Shown: positions 40,973-55,000, counted from the stretch's first letter. The stretch: 64,000 bases of DNA from Auanema rhodensis (GCA_964057225.1 OZ059896.1:21452001-21516000), one strand, 5' to 3'. Notes: generated from the sequence alone by a model not told the origin. Program-made: numbers and translations.

Positions 40973-42119
40973 AAATTGATGCATTAGTGTATGTTGAGTT
41001 TCCATGTACACTCAACATTGCTTCCAAAAACATTTTGACAAAAACTTTTTCGAAAAATTTCAAAATAATTTAGCAAAAAGTAGATGTTTTTAGATTCCTT
41101 TTTTCAAGGCAAAGACGATGGACAATGTTATTCAACGAAAAAATTAATTCTTCAGGGTGAAAATCGAGGATATAAGTGTGAACTTATATCAGTTGATATC
41201 TCGGTGCATTTTTAAGCTAGCGCAAATCTCATAACACAGATCGACGCAGCTTGAAAATCCGCATCGAATGCACTATACTACATTGAGAAACGCTTAATAC
41301 AAAAATTAGTTATGATCGTTTGAAAAATGATGCCTTAGTGTATGTTGAGTTTCCATGTACACTCAACATTGCTTCCAAAAACATTTTGACAAAAACTTTT
41401 TCGAAAAATTTCAAAATAATTTAGCAAAAAGTAGATGTTTTTAGATTCCTTTTTTCAAGGCAAAGACGATGGACAATGTTATTCAACGAAAAAATTAATT
41501 CTTCAGGGTGAAAATCGAGGATATAAGTGTGAACTTATATCAGTTGATATCTCGGTGCATTTTTAAGCTAGCGCAAATCTCATAACACAGATCGACGCAG
41601 CTTGAAAATCCGCATCGAATGCACTATACTACATTGAGAAACGCTTAATACAAAAATTAGTTATGATCGTTTGAAAAATGATGCCTTAGTGTATGTTGAG
41701 TTTCCATGTACACTCAACATTGCTTCCAAAAACATTTTGACAAAAATTTTTTCGAAACATTTCAAAATAATTTAGCAAAAAGTAGATGTTTTTAGATTCC
41801 TTTTTTCAAGGCAAAGACGATGGACAATGTTATTCAACGAAAAAATTAATTCTTCAGGGTGAAAATCGAGGATATAAGTGTGAACTTATATCAGTTGATA
41901 TCTCGGTGCATTTTTAAGCTAGCGCAAATCTGATAACACAGATCGACGCAGCTTAAAAATCCGCATCGAATGCACTTTACTACATTGAGAAACGCTTAAT
42001 ACAAAAATTAGTTATGATCGTTTGAAAAATGATGCATTAGTGTATGTTGAGTTTCCATGTACACTCAACATTGCTTCCAAAAACATTTTGACAAAAATTT
42101 TTTCGAAAAATTTCAAAAT

Positions 42120-42133
42120 TTCAAATTTAATTT
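42120..42133 (+). other. 14-bp insertion TTCAAATTTAATTT at a monomer end (365-bp monomer)
   Basis: TTTCAAAAT-TTCAAATTTAATTT-AATTTAG versus normal TTTCAAAAT-AATTTAG. Confidence 0.95.
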
Positions 42134-43203
42134 AATTTAGCAAAAAGTAGATGTTTTTAGATTCCTTTTTTCAAGGCAAAGACGATGGACAATGTTATTC
42201 AACGAAAAAATTAATTCTTCAGGGTGAAAATCGAGGATATAAGTGTGAACTTATATCAGTTGATATCTCGGTGCATTTTTAAGCTAGCGCAAATCTCATA
42301 ACACAGATCGAGGCAGCTTGAAAATCCGCATCGAATGCACTATACTACATTGAGAAACGCTTAATACAAAAATTAGTTATGATCGTTTGAAAAATGATGC
42401 CTTAGTGTATGTTGAGTTTCCATGTACACTCAACATTGCTTCCAAAAACATTTTGACAAAAATTTTTTCGAAACATTTCAAAATAATTTAGCAAAAAGTA
42501 GATGTTTTTAGATTCCTTTTTTCAAGGCAAAGAAGATGGACAATGTTATTCAACGAAAAAATTAATTCTTCAGGGTGAAAATCGAGGATATAAGTGTGAA
42601 CTTATATCAGTTGATATCTCGGTGCATTTTTAAGCTAGCGCAAATCTGATAACACAGATCGACGCAGCTTAAAAATCCGCATCGAATGCACTTTACTACA
42701 TTGAGAAACGCTTAATACAAAAATTAGTTATGATCGTTTGAAAAATGATGCATTAGTGTATGTTGACTTTCCATGTACACTCAACATTGCTTCCAAAAAC
42801 ATTTTGACAAAAATTTTTTCGAAAAATTTCAAAATAATTTAGCAAAAAGTAGATGTTTTTAGATTCCTTTTTTTAAGGCAAAGACGATGGACAATGTTAT
42901 TCAACAAAAAAATTTATTCTTCAGGGTGAAAATCGAGGATATAAGTGTGCACTTATATCAGTTGATATCTCGGTGCATTTTTAAGCTAGCGCAAATCTGA
43001 TAACACAGATCGACGAAGCTTAAAAATCCGCATCGAATGCACTATACTACATTGAGAAACGCTTAATACAAAAATTAGTTATGATCGTTTGAAAAATGAT
43101 GCCTTAGTGTATGTTGAGTTTCCATGTACACTCAACATTGCTTCCAAAAACATTTTGACAAAAATTTTTTCGAAAAATTTCAAAATAATTTAGCAAAAAG
43201 TAG

Positions 43204-43443
43204 ATGTTTTTAGATTCCTTTTTTCAAGGCAAAGACGATGGACAATGTTATTCAACGAAAAAATTAATTCTTCAGAGTGAAAATCGAGGATATAAGTGTG
43301 CACTTATATCAGTTGATATCTTGGTGCATTTTCAAGCTAGCGCAAATCTGATAACACAGATCGACGCAGCTCAAAAATCCGCATCGAATGCACTATACTA
43401 CATTGAGAATCGCTTAATACAAAAATTAGTTATGATCGTTTGA
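43204..43443 (+). other. 79-codon ORF in a variant satellite monomer; probably not a gene
   Basis: Same ORF-type monomer, with G88A (Gly>Ser). Confidence 0.08.
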
Positions 43444-43888
43444 AAATTGATGCATTAGTGTATGTTGAGTTTCCATGTACACTCAACATTGCTTCCAAAA
43501 ACATTTTGACAAAAACTTTTTCGAAAAATTTCAAAATAATTTAGCAAAAAGTAGATGTTTTTAGATTCCTTTTTTCAAGGCAAAGACGATGGACAATGTT
43601 ATTCAACGAAAAAATTAATTCTTCAGGGTGAAAATCGAGGATATAAGTGTGAACTTATATCAGTTGATATCTCGGTGCATTTTTAAGCTAGCGCAAATCT
43701 CATAACACAGATCGACGCAGCTTGAAAATCCGCATCGAATGCACTATACTACATTGAGAAACGCTTAATACAAAAATTAGTTATGATCGTTTGAAAAATG
43801 ATGCCTTAGTGTATGTTGAGTTTCCATGTACACTCAACATTGCTTCCAAAAACATTTTGACAAAAATTTTTTCGAAAAATTTCAAAAT

Positions 43889-43902
43889 TTCAAATTTAAT
43901 TT
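43889..43902 (+). other. 14-bp insertion TTCAAATTTAATTT, second copy
   Basis: Identical insertion, 5 monomers after the first. Confidence 0.95.
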
Positions 43903-46900
43903 AATTTAGCAAAAAGTAGATGTTTTTAGATTCCTTTTTTCAAGGCAAAGACGATGGACAATGTTATTCAACGAAAAAATTAATTCTTCAGGGTGAAAAT
44001 CGAGGATATAAGTGTGAACTTATATCAGTTGATATCTCGGTGCATTTTTAAGCTAGCGCAAATCTGATAACACAGATCGACGCAGCTTAAAAATCCGCAT
44101 CGAATGCACTATACCACATTGAGAAACGCTTAATACAAAAATTAGTTATGATCGTTTGAAAATTGATGCATTAGTGTAAGTTGAGTTTCCATGTACACTC
44201 TACATTGCTTCCAAAAACATTTTGACAAAAATTTTTTCGAAAAATTTCAAAATAATTTAGCAAAAAGTAGATGTTTTAAGATTCCTTTTTTCAAGGCAAA
44301 GACGATGGACAATGTTATTCAACGAAAAAATTAATTCTTCAGGGTGAAAATCGAGGATATAAGTGTGAACTTATATCAGATGATATCTCGATGCATTTTT
44401 AAGCTAGCGCAAATCTGATAACACAGATCGACGCAGCTTAAAAATCCGCATCGAATGCACTATACCACATTGAGAAACGCTTAATACAAAAATTAGTTAT
44501 GATCGTTTGAAAATTGATGCATTAGTGTATGTTGAGTTTCCATGTACACTCAACATTGCTTCCAAAAACATTTTGACAAAAACTTTTTCGAAAAATTTCA
44601 AAATAATTTAGCAAAAAGTAGATGTTTTTAGATTCCTTTTTTTAAGGCAAAGACGATGGACAATGTTATTCAACGAAAAAATTAATTCTTCAGGGTGAAA
44701 ATCGAGGATATAAGTGTGAACTTATATCAGTTGATATCTCGGTGCATTTTTAAGCTAGCGCAAATCTGATAACACAGATCGACGCAGCTTAAAAATCCGC
44801 ATCGAATGCACTTTACTACTTTGAGAAACGCTTAATACAAAAGTTAGTTATGATCGTTTGAAAATTGATGCATTAGTGTATGTTGAGTTTCCATGTACAC
44901 TCAACATTGCTTCCAAAAACATTTTGACAAAAATTTTTTCGAAAAATTTCAAAATAATTTAGCAAAAAGTAGATGTTTTTAGATTCCTTTTTTCAAGGCA
45001 AAGACGATGGACAATGTTATTCAACGAAAAAATTAATTCTTCAGGGTGAAAATCGAGGATATAAGTGTGAACTTATATCAGTTGATATCTCGGTGCATTT
45101 TTAAGCTAGCGCAAATCTGATAACACAGATCGACGCAGCTTAAAAATCCGCATTGAATGCACTATACTACATTGAGAAACGCTTAATACAAAAATTAGTT
45201 ATGATTGTTTGAAAAATGATGCATTAGTGTATGTTGAGTTTCCATGTACACTCAACATTGCTTCCAAAAACATTTTGACAAAAATTTTTTCGAAAAATTT
45301 CAAAATAATTTAGCAAAAAGTAGATGTTTTTAGATTCCTTTTTTTAAGGCAAAGACGATGGACAATGTTATTCAACAAAAAAATTTATTCTTCAGGGTGA
45401 AAATCGAGGATATAAGTGTGCACTTATATCAGTTGATATCTCGGTGCATTTTTAAGCTAGCGCAAATCTGATAACACAGATCGACGAAGCTTAAAAATCC
45501 GCATCGAATGCACTATACTACATTGAGAAACGCTTAATACAAAAGTTAGTTATGATCGTTTGAAAATTGATGCATTAGTGTATGTTGAGTTTCCATGTAC
45601 ACTCAACATTGCTTCCAAAAACATTTTGACAAAAACTTTTTCGAAAAATTTCAAAATAATTTAGCAAAAAGTAGATGTTTTTAGATTCCTTTTTTCAAGG
45701 CAAAGACGATGGACAATGTTATTCAACGAAAAAATTAATTCTTCAGGGTGAAAATCGAGGATATAAGTGTGAACTTATATCAGTTGATATCTCGGTGCAT
45801 TTTTAAGCTAGCGCAAATCTGATAACACAGATCGACGCAGCTTAAAAATCCGCATCGAATGCACTTTACTACTTTGAGAAACGCTTAATACAAAAGTTAG
45901 TTATGATCGTTTGAAAATTGATGCATTAGTGTATGTTGAGTTTCCATGTACACTCAACATTGCTTCCAAAAACATTTTGACAAAAATTTTTTCGAAAAAT
46001 TTCAAAATAATTTAGCAAAAAGTAGATGTTTTTAGATTCCTTTTTTCAAGGCAAAGACGATGGACAATGTTATTCAACGAAAAAATTAATTCTTCAGGGT
46101 GAAAATCGAGGATATAAGTGTGAACTTATATCAGTTGATATCTCGGTGCATTTTTAAGCTAGCGCAAATCTGATAACACAGATCGACGCAGCTTAAAAAT
46201 CCGCATTGAATGCACTATACTACATTGAGAAACGCTTAATACAAAAATTAGTTATGATTGTTTGAAAAATGATGCATTAGTGTATGTTGAGTTTCCATGT
46301 ACACTCAACATTGCTTCCAAAAACATTTTGACAAAAATTTTTTCGAAAAATTTCAAAATAATTTAGCAAAAAGTAGATGTTTTTAGATTCCTTTTTTCAA
46401 GGCAAAGACGATGGACAATGTTATTCAACGAAAAAATTAATTCTTCAGGGTGAAAATCGAGGATATAAGTGTGAACTTATATCAGTTGATATCTCGGTGC
46501 ATTTTTAAGCTAGCGCAAATCTGATAACACAGATCGACGCAGCTTAAAAATCCGCATTGAATGCACTATACTACATTGAGAAACGCTTAATACAAAAATT
46601 AGTTATGATTGTTTGAAAAATGATGCATTAGTGTATGTTGAGTTTCCATGTACACTCAACATTGCTTCCAAAAACATTTTGACAAAAATTTTTTCGAAAA
46701 ATTTCAAAATAATTTAGCAAAAAGTAGATGTTTTTAGATTCCTTTTTTTAAGGCAAAGACGATGGACAATGTTATTCAACAAAAAAATTTATTCTTCAGG
46801 GTGAAAATCGAGGATATAAGTGTGCACTTATATCAGTTGATATCTCGGTGCATTTTTAAGCTAGCGCAAATCTGATAACACAGATCGACGAAGCTTAAAA

Positions 46901-48482
46901 ATCCGCATCGAATGCACTATACTACATTGAGAAACGCTTAATACAAAAGTTAGTTATGATCGTTTGAAAATTGATGCATTAGTGTATGTTGAGTTTCCAT
47001 GTACACTCAACATTGCTTCCAAAAACATTTTGACAAAAATTTTTTCGAAAAATTTCAAAATAATTTAGCAAAAAGTAGATGTTTTTAGATTCCTTTTTTC
47101 AAGGCAAAGACGATGGACAATGTTATTCAACGAAAAAATTAATTCTTCAGGGTGAAAATCGAGGATATAAGTGTGAACTTATATCAGTTGATATCTCGGT
47201 GCATTTTTAAGCTAGCGCAAATCTGATAACACAGATCGACGCAGCTTAAAAATCCGCATTGAATGCACTATACTACATTGAGAAACGCTTAATACAAAAA
47301 TTAGTTATGATTGTTTGAAAAATGATGCATTAGTGTATGTTGAGTTTCCATGTACACTCAACATTGCTTCCAAAAACATTTTGACAAAAATTTTTTCGAA
47401 AAATTTCAAAATAATTTAGCAAAAAGTAGATGTTTTTAGATTCCTTTTTTTAAGGCAAAGACGATGGACAATGTTATTCAACAAAAAAATTTATTCTTCA
47501 GGGTGAAAATCGAGGATATAAGTGTGCACTTATATCAGTTGATATCTCGGTGCATTTTTAAGCTAGCGCAAATCTGATAACACAGATCGACGAAGCTTAA
47601 AAATCCGCATCGAATGCACTATACTACATTGAGAAACGCTTAATACAAAAGTTAGTTATGATCGTTTGAAAATTGATGCATTAGTGTATGTTGAGTTTCC
47701 ATGTACACTCAACATTGCTTCCAAAAACATTTTGACAAAAATTTTTTCGAAAAATTTCAAAATAATTTAGCAAAAAGTAGATGTTTTTAGATTCCTTTTT
47801 TCAAGGCAAAGACGATGGACAATGTTATTCAACGAAAAAATTAATTCTTCAGGGTGAAAATCGAGGATATAAGTGTGAACTTATATCAGTTGATATCTCG
47901 GTGCATTTTTAAGCTAGCGCAAATCTGATAACACAGATCGACGCAGCTTAAAAATCCGCATTGAATGCACTATACTACATTGAGAAACGCTTAATACAAA
48001 AATTAGTTATGATTGTTTGAAAAATGATGCATTAGTGTATGTTGAGTTTCCATGTACACTCAACATTGCTTCCAAAAACATTTTGACAAAAATTTTTTCG
48101 AAAAATTTCAAAATAATTTAGCAAAAAGTAGATGTTTTTAGATTCCTTTTTTTAAGGCAAAGACGATGGACAATGTTATTCAACAAAAAAATTTATTCTT
48201 CAGGGTGAAAATCGAGGATATAAGTGTGCACTTATATCAGTTGATATCTCGGTGCATTTTTAAGCTAGCGCAAATCTGATAACACAGATCGACGAAGCTT
48301 AAAAATCCGCATCGAATGCACTATACTACATTGAGAAACGCTTAATACAAAAATTAGTTATGATCGTTTGAAAAATGATGCCTTAGTGTATGTTGAGTTT
48401 CCATGTACACTCAACATTGCTTCCAAAAACATTTTGACAAAAATTTTTTCGAAAAATTTCAAAATAATTTAGCAAAAAGTAG

Positions 48483-48722
48483 ATGTTTTTAGATTCCTTT
48501 TTTCAAGGCAAAGACGATGGACAATGTTATTCAACGAAAAAATTAATTCTTCAGGGTGAAAATCGAGGATATAAGTGTGCACTTATATCAGTTGATATCT
48601 TGGTGCATTTTCAAGCTAGCGCAAATCTGATAACACAGATCGACGCAGCTCAAAAATCCGCATCGAATGCACTATACTACATTGAGAATCGCTTAATACA
48701 AAAATTAGTTATGATCGTTTGA
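48483..48722 (+). other. 79-codon ORF in a variant satellite monomer; probably not a gene
   Basis: Same ORF-type monomer. Confidence 0.08.
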
Positions 48723-49869
48723 AAATTGATGCATTAGTGTATGTTGAGTTTCCATGTACACTCAACATTGCTTCCAAAAACATTTTGACAAAAACTTTTT
48801 CGAAAAATTTCAAAATAATTTAGCAAAAAGTAGATGTTTTTAGATTCCTTTTTTCAAGGCAAAGACGATGGACAATGTTATTCAACGAAAAAATTAATTC
48901 TTCAGGGTGAAAATCGAGGATATAAGTGTGAACTTATATCAGTTGATATCTCGGTGCATTTTTAAGCTAGCGCAAATCTCATAACACAGATCGACGCAGC
49001 TTGAAAATCCGCATCGAATGCACTATACTACATTGAGAAACGCTTAATACAAAAATTAGTTATGATCGTTTGAAAAATGATGCCTTAGTGTATGTTGAGT
49101 TTCCATGTACACTCAACATTGCTTCCAAAAACATTTTGACAAAAACTTTTTCGAAAAATTTCAAAATAATTTAGCAAAAAGTAGATGTTTTTAGATTCCT
49201 TTTTTCAAGGCAAAGACGATGGACAATGTTATTCAACGAAAAAATTAATTCTTCAGGGTGAAAATCGAGGATATAAGTGTGAACTTATATCAGTTGATAT
49301 CTCGGTGCATTTTTAAGCTAGCGCAAATCTCATAACACAGATCGACGCAGCTTGAAAATCCGCATCGAATGCACTATACTACATTGAGAAACGCTTAATA
49401 CAAAAATTAGTTATGATCGTTTGAAAAATGATGCCTTAGTGTATGTTGAGTTTCCATGTACACTCAACATTGCTTCCAAAAACATTTTGACAAAAATTTT
49501 TTCGAAACATTTCAAAATAATTTAGCAAAAAGTAGATGTTTTTAGATTCCTTTTTTCAAGGCAAAGACGATGGACAATGTTATTCAACGAAAAAATTAAT
49601 TCTTCAGGGTGAAAATCGAGGATATAAGTGTGAACTTATATCAGTTGATATCTCGGTGCATTTTTAAGCTAGCGCAAATCTGATAACACAGATCGACGCA
49701 GCTTAAAAATCCGCATCGAATGCACTTTACTACATTGAGAAACGCTTAATACAAAAATTAGTTATGATCGTTTGAAAAATGATGCATTAGTGTATGTTGA
49801 GTTTCCATGTACACTCAACATTGCTTCCAAAAACATTTTGACAAAAATTTTTTCGAAAAATTTCAAAAT

Positions 49870-49883
49870 TTCAAATTTAATTT
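49870..49883 (+). other. 14-bp insertion TTCAAATTTAATTT, third copy
   Basis: Identical insertion, 17 monomers after the second. Confidence 0.95.
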
Positions 49884-51989
49884 AATTTAGCAAAAAGTAG
49901 ATTTTTTTAGATTCCTTTTTTCAAGGCAAAGACGATGGACAATGTTATTCAACGAAAAAATTAATTCTTCAGGGTGAAAATCGAGGATATAAGTGTGAAC
50001 TTATATCAGTTGATATCTCGGTGCATTTTTAAGCTAGCGCAAATCTGATAACACAGATCGACGCAGCTTAAAAATCCGCATCGAATGCACTTCACTACTT
50101 TGAGAAACGCTTAATACAAAAGTTAGTTATGATCGTTTGAAAATTGATGCATTAGTGTATGTTGAGTTTCCATGTACACTCAAGATTGCTTCCAAAAACA
50201 TTTTGACAAAAATTTTTTCGAAAAATTTCAAAATAATTTAGCAAAAAGTAGATGTTTTTAGATTCCTTTTTTCAAGGCAAAGACGATGGACAATGTTATT
50301 TAACGAAAAAATTAATTCTTCAGGGTGAAAATCGAGGATATAAGTGTGAACTTATATCAGTTGATATCTCGGTGCATTTTTAAGCTAGCGCAAATCTGAT
50401 AACACAGATCGACGCAGCTTAAAAATCCGCATTGAATGCACTATACTACATTGAGAAACGCTTAATACAAAAATTAGTTATGATTGTTTGAAAAATGATG
50501 CATTAGTGTATGTTGAGTTTCCATGTACACTCAACATTGCTTCCAAAAACATTTTGACAAAAATTTTTTCGAAAAATTTCAAAATAATTTAGCAAAAAGT
50601 AGATGTTTTTAGATTCCTTTTTTCAAGGCAAAGACGATGGACAATGTTATTCAACGAAAAAATTAATTCTTCAGGGTGAAAATCGAGGATATAAGTGTGC
50701 ACTTATATCAGATGATATCTCGATGCATTTTTAAGCTAGCGCAAATCTGATAACACAGATCGACGCAGCTCAAAAATCCGCATCGAATGCACTATACTAC
50801 ATTGAGAATCGCTTAATACAAAAATTAGTTATGATCGTTTGAAAATTGATGCATTAGTGTATGTTGAGTTTCCATGTACACTCAACATTGCTTCCAAAAA
50901 CATTTTGACAAAAACTTTTTCGAAAAATTTCAAAATAATTTAGCAAAAAGTAGATGTTTTTAGATTCCTTTTTTCAAGGCAAAGACGATGGACAATGTTA
51001 TTCAACGAAAAAATTAATTCTTCAGGGTGAAAATCGAGGATATAAGTGTGAACTTATATCAGTTGATATCTCGGTGCATTTTTAAGCTAGCGCAAATCTC
51101 ATAACACAGATCGACGCAGCTTGAAAATCCGCATCGAATGCACTATACTACATTGAGAAACGCTTAATACAAAAATTAGTTATGATCGTTTGAAAAATGA
51201 TGCCTTAGTGTATGTTGAGTTTCCATGTACACTCAACATTGCTTCCAAAAACATTTTGACAAAAACTTTTTCGAAAAATTTCAAAATAATTTAGCAAAAA
51301 GTAGATGTTTTTAGATTCCTTTTTTCAAGGCAAAGACGATGGACAATGTTATTCAACGAAAAAATTAATTCTTCAGGGTGAAAATCGAGGATATAAGTGT
51401 GAACTTATATCAGTTGATATCTCGGTGCATTTTTAAGCTAGCGCAAATCTCATAACACAGATCGACGCAGCTTGAAAATCCGCATCGAATGCACTATACT
51501 ACATTGAGAAACGCTTAATACAAAAATTAGTTATGATCGTTTGAAAAATGATGCCTTAGTGTATGTTGAGTTTCCATGTACACTCAACATTGCTTCCAAA
51601 AACATTTTGACAAAAATTTTTTCGAAACATTTCAAAATAATTTAGCAAAAAGTAGATGTTTTTAGATTCCTTTTTCCAAGGCAAAGACGATGGACAATGT
51701 TATTCAACGAAAAAATTAATTCTTCAGGGTGAAAATCGAGGATATAAGTGTGAACTTATATCAGTTGATATCTCGGTGCATTTTTAAGCTAGCGCAAATC
51801 TGATAACACAGATCGACGCAGCTTAAAAATCCGCATCGAATGCACTTTACTACATTGAGAAACGCTTAATACAAAAATTAGTTATGATCGTTTGAAAAAT
51901 GATGCATTAGTGTATGTTGAGTTTCCATGTACACTCAACATTGCTTCCAAAAACATTTTGACAAAAATTTTTTCGAAAAATTTCAAAAT

Positions 51990-52003
51990 TTCAAATTTAA
52001 TTT
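51990..52003 (+). other. 14-bp insertion TTCAAATTTAATTT, fourth copy
   Basis: Identical insertion, 6 monomers after the third. Confidence 0.95.
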
Positions 52004-55000
52004 AATTTAGCAAAAAGTAGATTTTTTTAGATTCCTTTTTTCAAGGCAAAGACGATGGACAATGTTATTCAACGAAAAAATTAATTCTTCAGGGTGAAAA
52101 TCGAGGATATAAGTGTGAACTTATATCAGTTGATATCTCGGTGCATTTTTAAGCTAGCGCAAATCTGATAACACAGATCGACGCAGCTTAAAAATCCGCA
52201 TCGAATGCACTATACCACATTGAGAAACGCTTAATACAAAAATTAGTTATGATCGTTTGAAAATTGATGCATTAGTGTATGTTGAGTTTCCATGTACACT
52301 CTACATTGCTTCCAAAAACATTTTGACAAAAATTTTTTCGAAAAATTTCAAAATAATTTAGCAAAAAGTAGATGTTTTAAGATTCCTTTTTTTAAGGCAA
52401 AGACGATGGACAATGTTATTCAACGAAAAAATTAATTCTTCAGGGTGAAAATCGAGGATATAAGTGTGAACTTATATCAGATGATATCTCGATGCATTTT
52501 TAAGCTAGCGCAAATCTGATAACACAGATCGACGCAGCTTAAAAATCCGCATCGAATGCACTATACCACATTGAGAAACGCTTAATACAAAAATTAGTTA
52601 TGATCGTTTGAAAATTGATGCATTAGTGTATGTTGAGTTTCCATGTACACTCAACATTGCTTCCAAAAACATTTTGACAAAAACTTTTTCGAAAAATTTC
52701 AAAATAATTTAGCAAAAAGTAGATGTTTTTAGATTCCTTTTTTTAAGGCAAAGACGATGGACAATGTTATTCAACGAAAAAATTAATTCTTCAGGGTGAA
52801 AATCGAGGATATAAGTGTGAACTTATATCAGTTGATATCTCGGTGCATTTTTAAGCTAGCGCAAATCTCATAACACAGATCGACGCAGCTTGAAAATCCG
52901 CATCGAATGCACTATACTACATTGAGAAACGCTTAATACAAAAATTAGTTATGATCGTTTGAAAAATGATGCCTTAGTGTATGTTGAGTTTCCATGTACA
53001 CTCAACATTGCTTCCAAAAACATTTTGACAAAAACTTTTTCGAAAAATTTCAAAATAATTTAGCAAAAAGTAGATGTTTTTAGATTCCTTTTTTCAAGGC
53101 AAAGACGATGGACAATGTTATTCAACGAAAAAATTAATTCTTCAGGGTGAAAATCGAGGATATAAGTGTGAACTTATATCAGTTGATATCTCGGTGCATT
53201 TTTAAGCTAGCGCAAATCTCATAACACAGATCGACGCAGCTTGAAAATCCGCATCGAATGCACTATACTACATTGAGAAACGCTTAATACAAAAATTAGT
53301 TATGATCGTTTGAAAAATGATGCCTTAGTGTATGTTGAGTTTCCATGTACACTCAACATTGCTTCCAAAAACATTTTGACAAAAATTTTTTCGAAACATT
53401 TCAAAATAATTTAGCAAAAAGTAGATATTTTTAGATTCCTTTTTTCAAGGCAAAGACGATGGACAATGTTATTCAACGAAAAAATTAATTCTTCAGGGTG
53501 AAAATCGAGGATATAAGTGTGAACTTATATCAGTTGATATCTCGGTGCATTTTTAAGCTAGCGCAAATCTGATAACACAGATCGACGCAGCTTAAAAATC
53601 CGCATCGAATGCACTTTACTACATTGAGAAACGCTTAATACAAAAATTAGTTATGATCGTTTGAAAAATGATGCATTAGTGTATGTTGAGTTTCCATGTA
53701 CACTCAACATTGCTTCCAAAAACATTTTGACAAAAATTTTTTCGAAAAATTTCAAAATAATTTAGCAAAAAGTAGATATTTTTAGATTCCTTTTTTCAAG
53801 GCAAAGACGATGGACAATGTTATTCAACGAAAAAATTAATTCTTCAGGGTGAAAATCGAGGATATAAGTGTGAACTTATATCAGTTGATATCTCGGTGCA
53901 TTTTTAAGCTAGCGCAAATCTGATAACACAGATCGACGCAGCTTAAAAATCCGCATCGAATGCACTTTACTACATTGAGAAACGCTTAATACAAAAATTA
54001 GTTATGATCGTTTGAAAAATGATGCATTAGTGTATGTTGAGTTTCCATGTACACTCAACATTGCTTCCAAAAACATTTTGACAAAAATTTTTTTGAAAAA
54101 TTTCAAAATAATTTAGCAAAAAGTAGATATTTTTAGATTCCTTTTTTCAAGGCAAAGACGATGGACAATGTTATTCAACGAAAAAATTAATTCTTCAGGG
54201 TGAAAATCGAGGATATAAGTGTGAACTTATATCAGTTGATATCTCGGTGCATTTTTAAGCTAGCGCAAATCTGATAACACAGATCGACGCAGCTTAAAAA
54301 TCCGCATCGAATGCACTATACCACATTGAGAAACGCTTAATACAAAAATTAGTTATGATCGTTTGAAAAATGATGCCTTAGTGTATGTTGAGTTTCCATG
54401 TACACTCAACATTGCTTCCAAAAACATTTTGACAAAAACTTTTTCGAAAAATTTCAAAATAATTTAGCAAAAAGTAGATGTTTTTAGATTCCTTTTTTTA
54501 AGGCAAAGACGATGGACAATGTTATTCAACGAAAAAATTAATTCTTCAGGGTGAAAATCGAGGATATAAGTGTGAACTTATATCAGTTGATATCTCGGTG
54601 CATTTTTAAGCTAGCGCAAATCTCATAACACAGATCGACGCAGCTTGAAAATCCGCATCGAATGCACTATACTACATTGAGAAACGCTTAATACAAAAAT
54701 TAGTTATGATCGTTTGAAAAATGATGCCTTAGTGTATGTTGAGTTTCCATGTACACTCAACATTGCTTCCAAAAACATTTTGACAAAAATTTTTTCGAAA
54801 CATTTCAAAATAATTTAGCAAAAAGTAGATATTTTTAGATTCCTTTTTTCAAGGCAAAGACGATGGACAATGTTATTCAACGAAAAAATTAATTCTTCAG
54901 GGTGAAAATCGAGGATATAAGTGTGAACTTATATCAGTTGATATCTCGGTGCATTTTTAAGCTAGCGCAAATCTGATAACACAGATCGACGCAGCTTAAA

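Noticed and set aside
13003-48722. Six-copy protein-coding gene family
   Set aside because: The same frame is interrupted by stops in the other 176 monomers, there is no recognisable domain, and common variants are freely non-synonymous.
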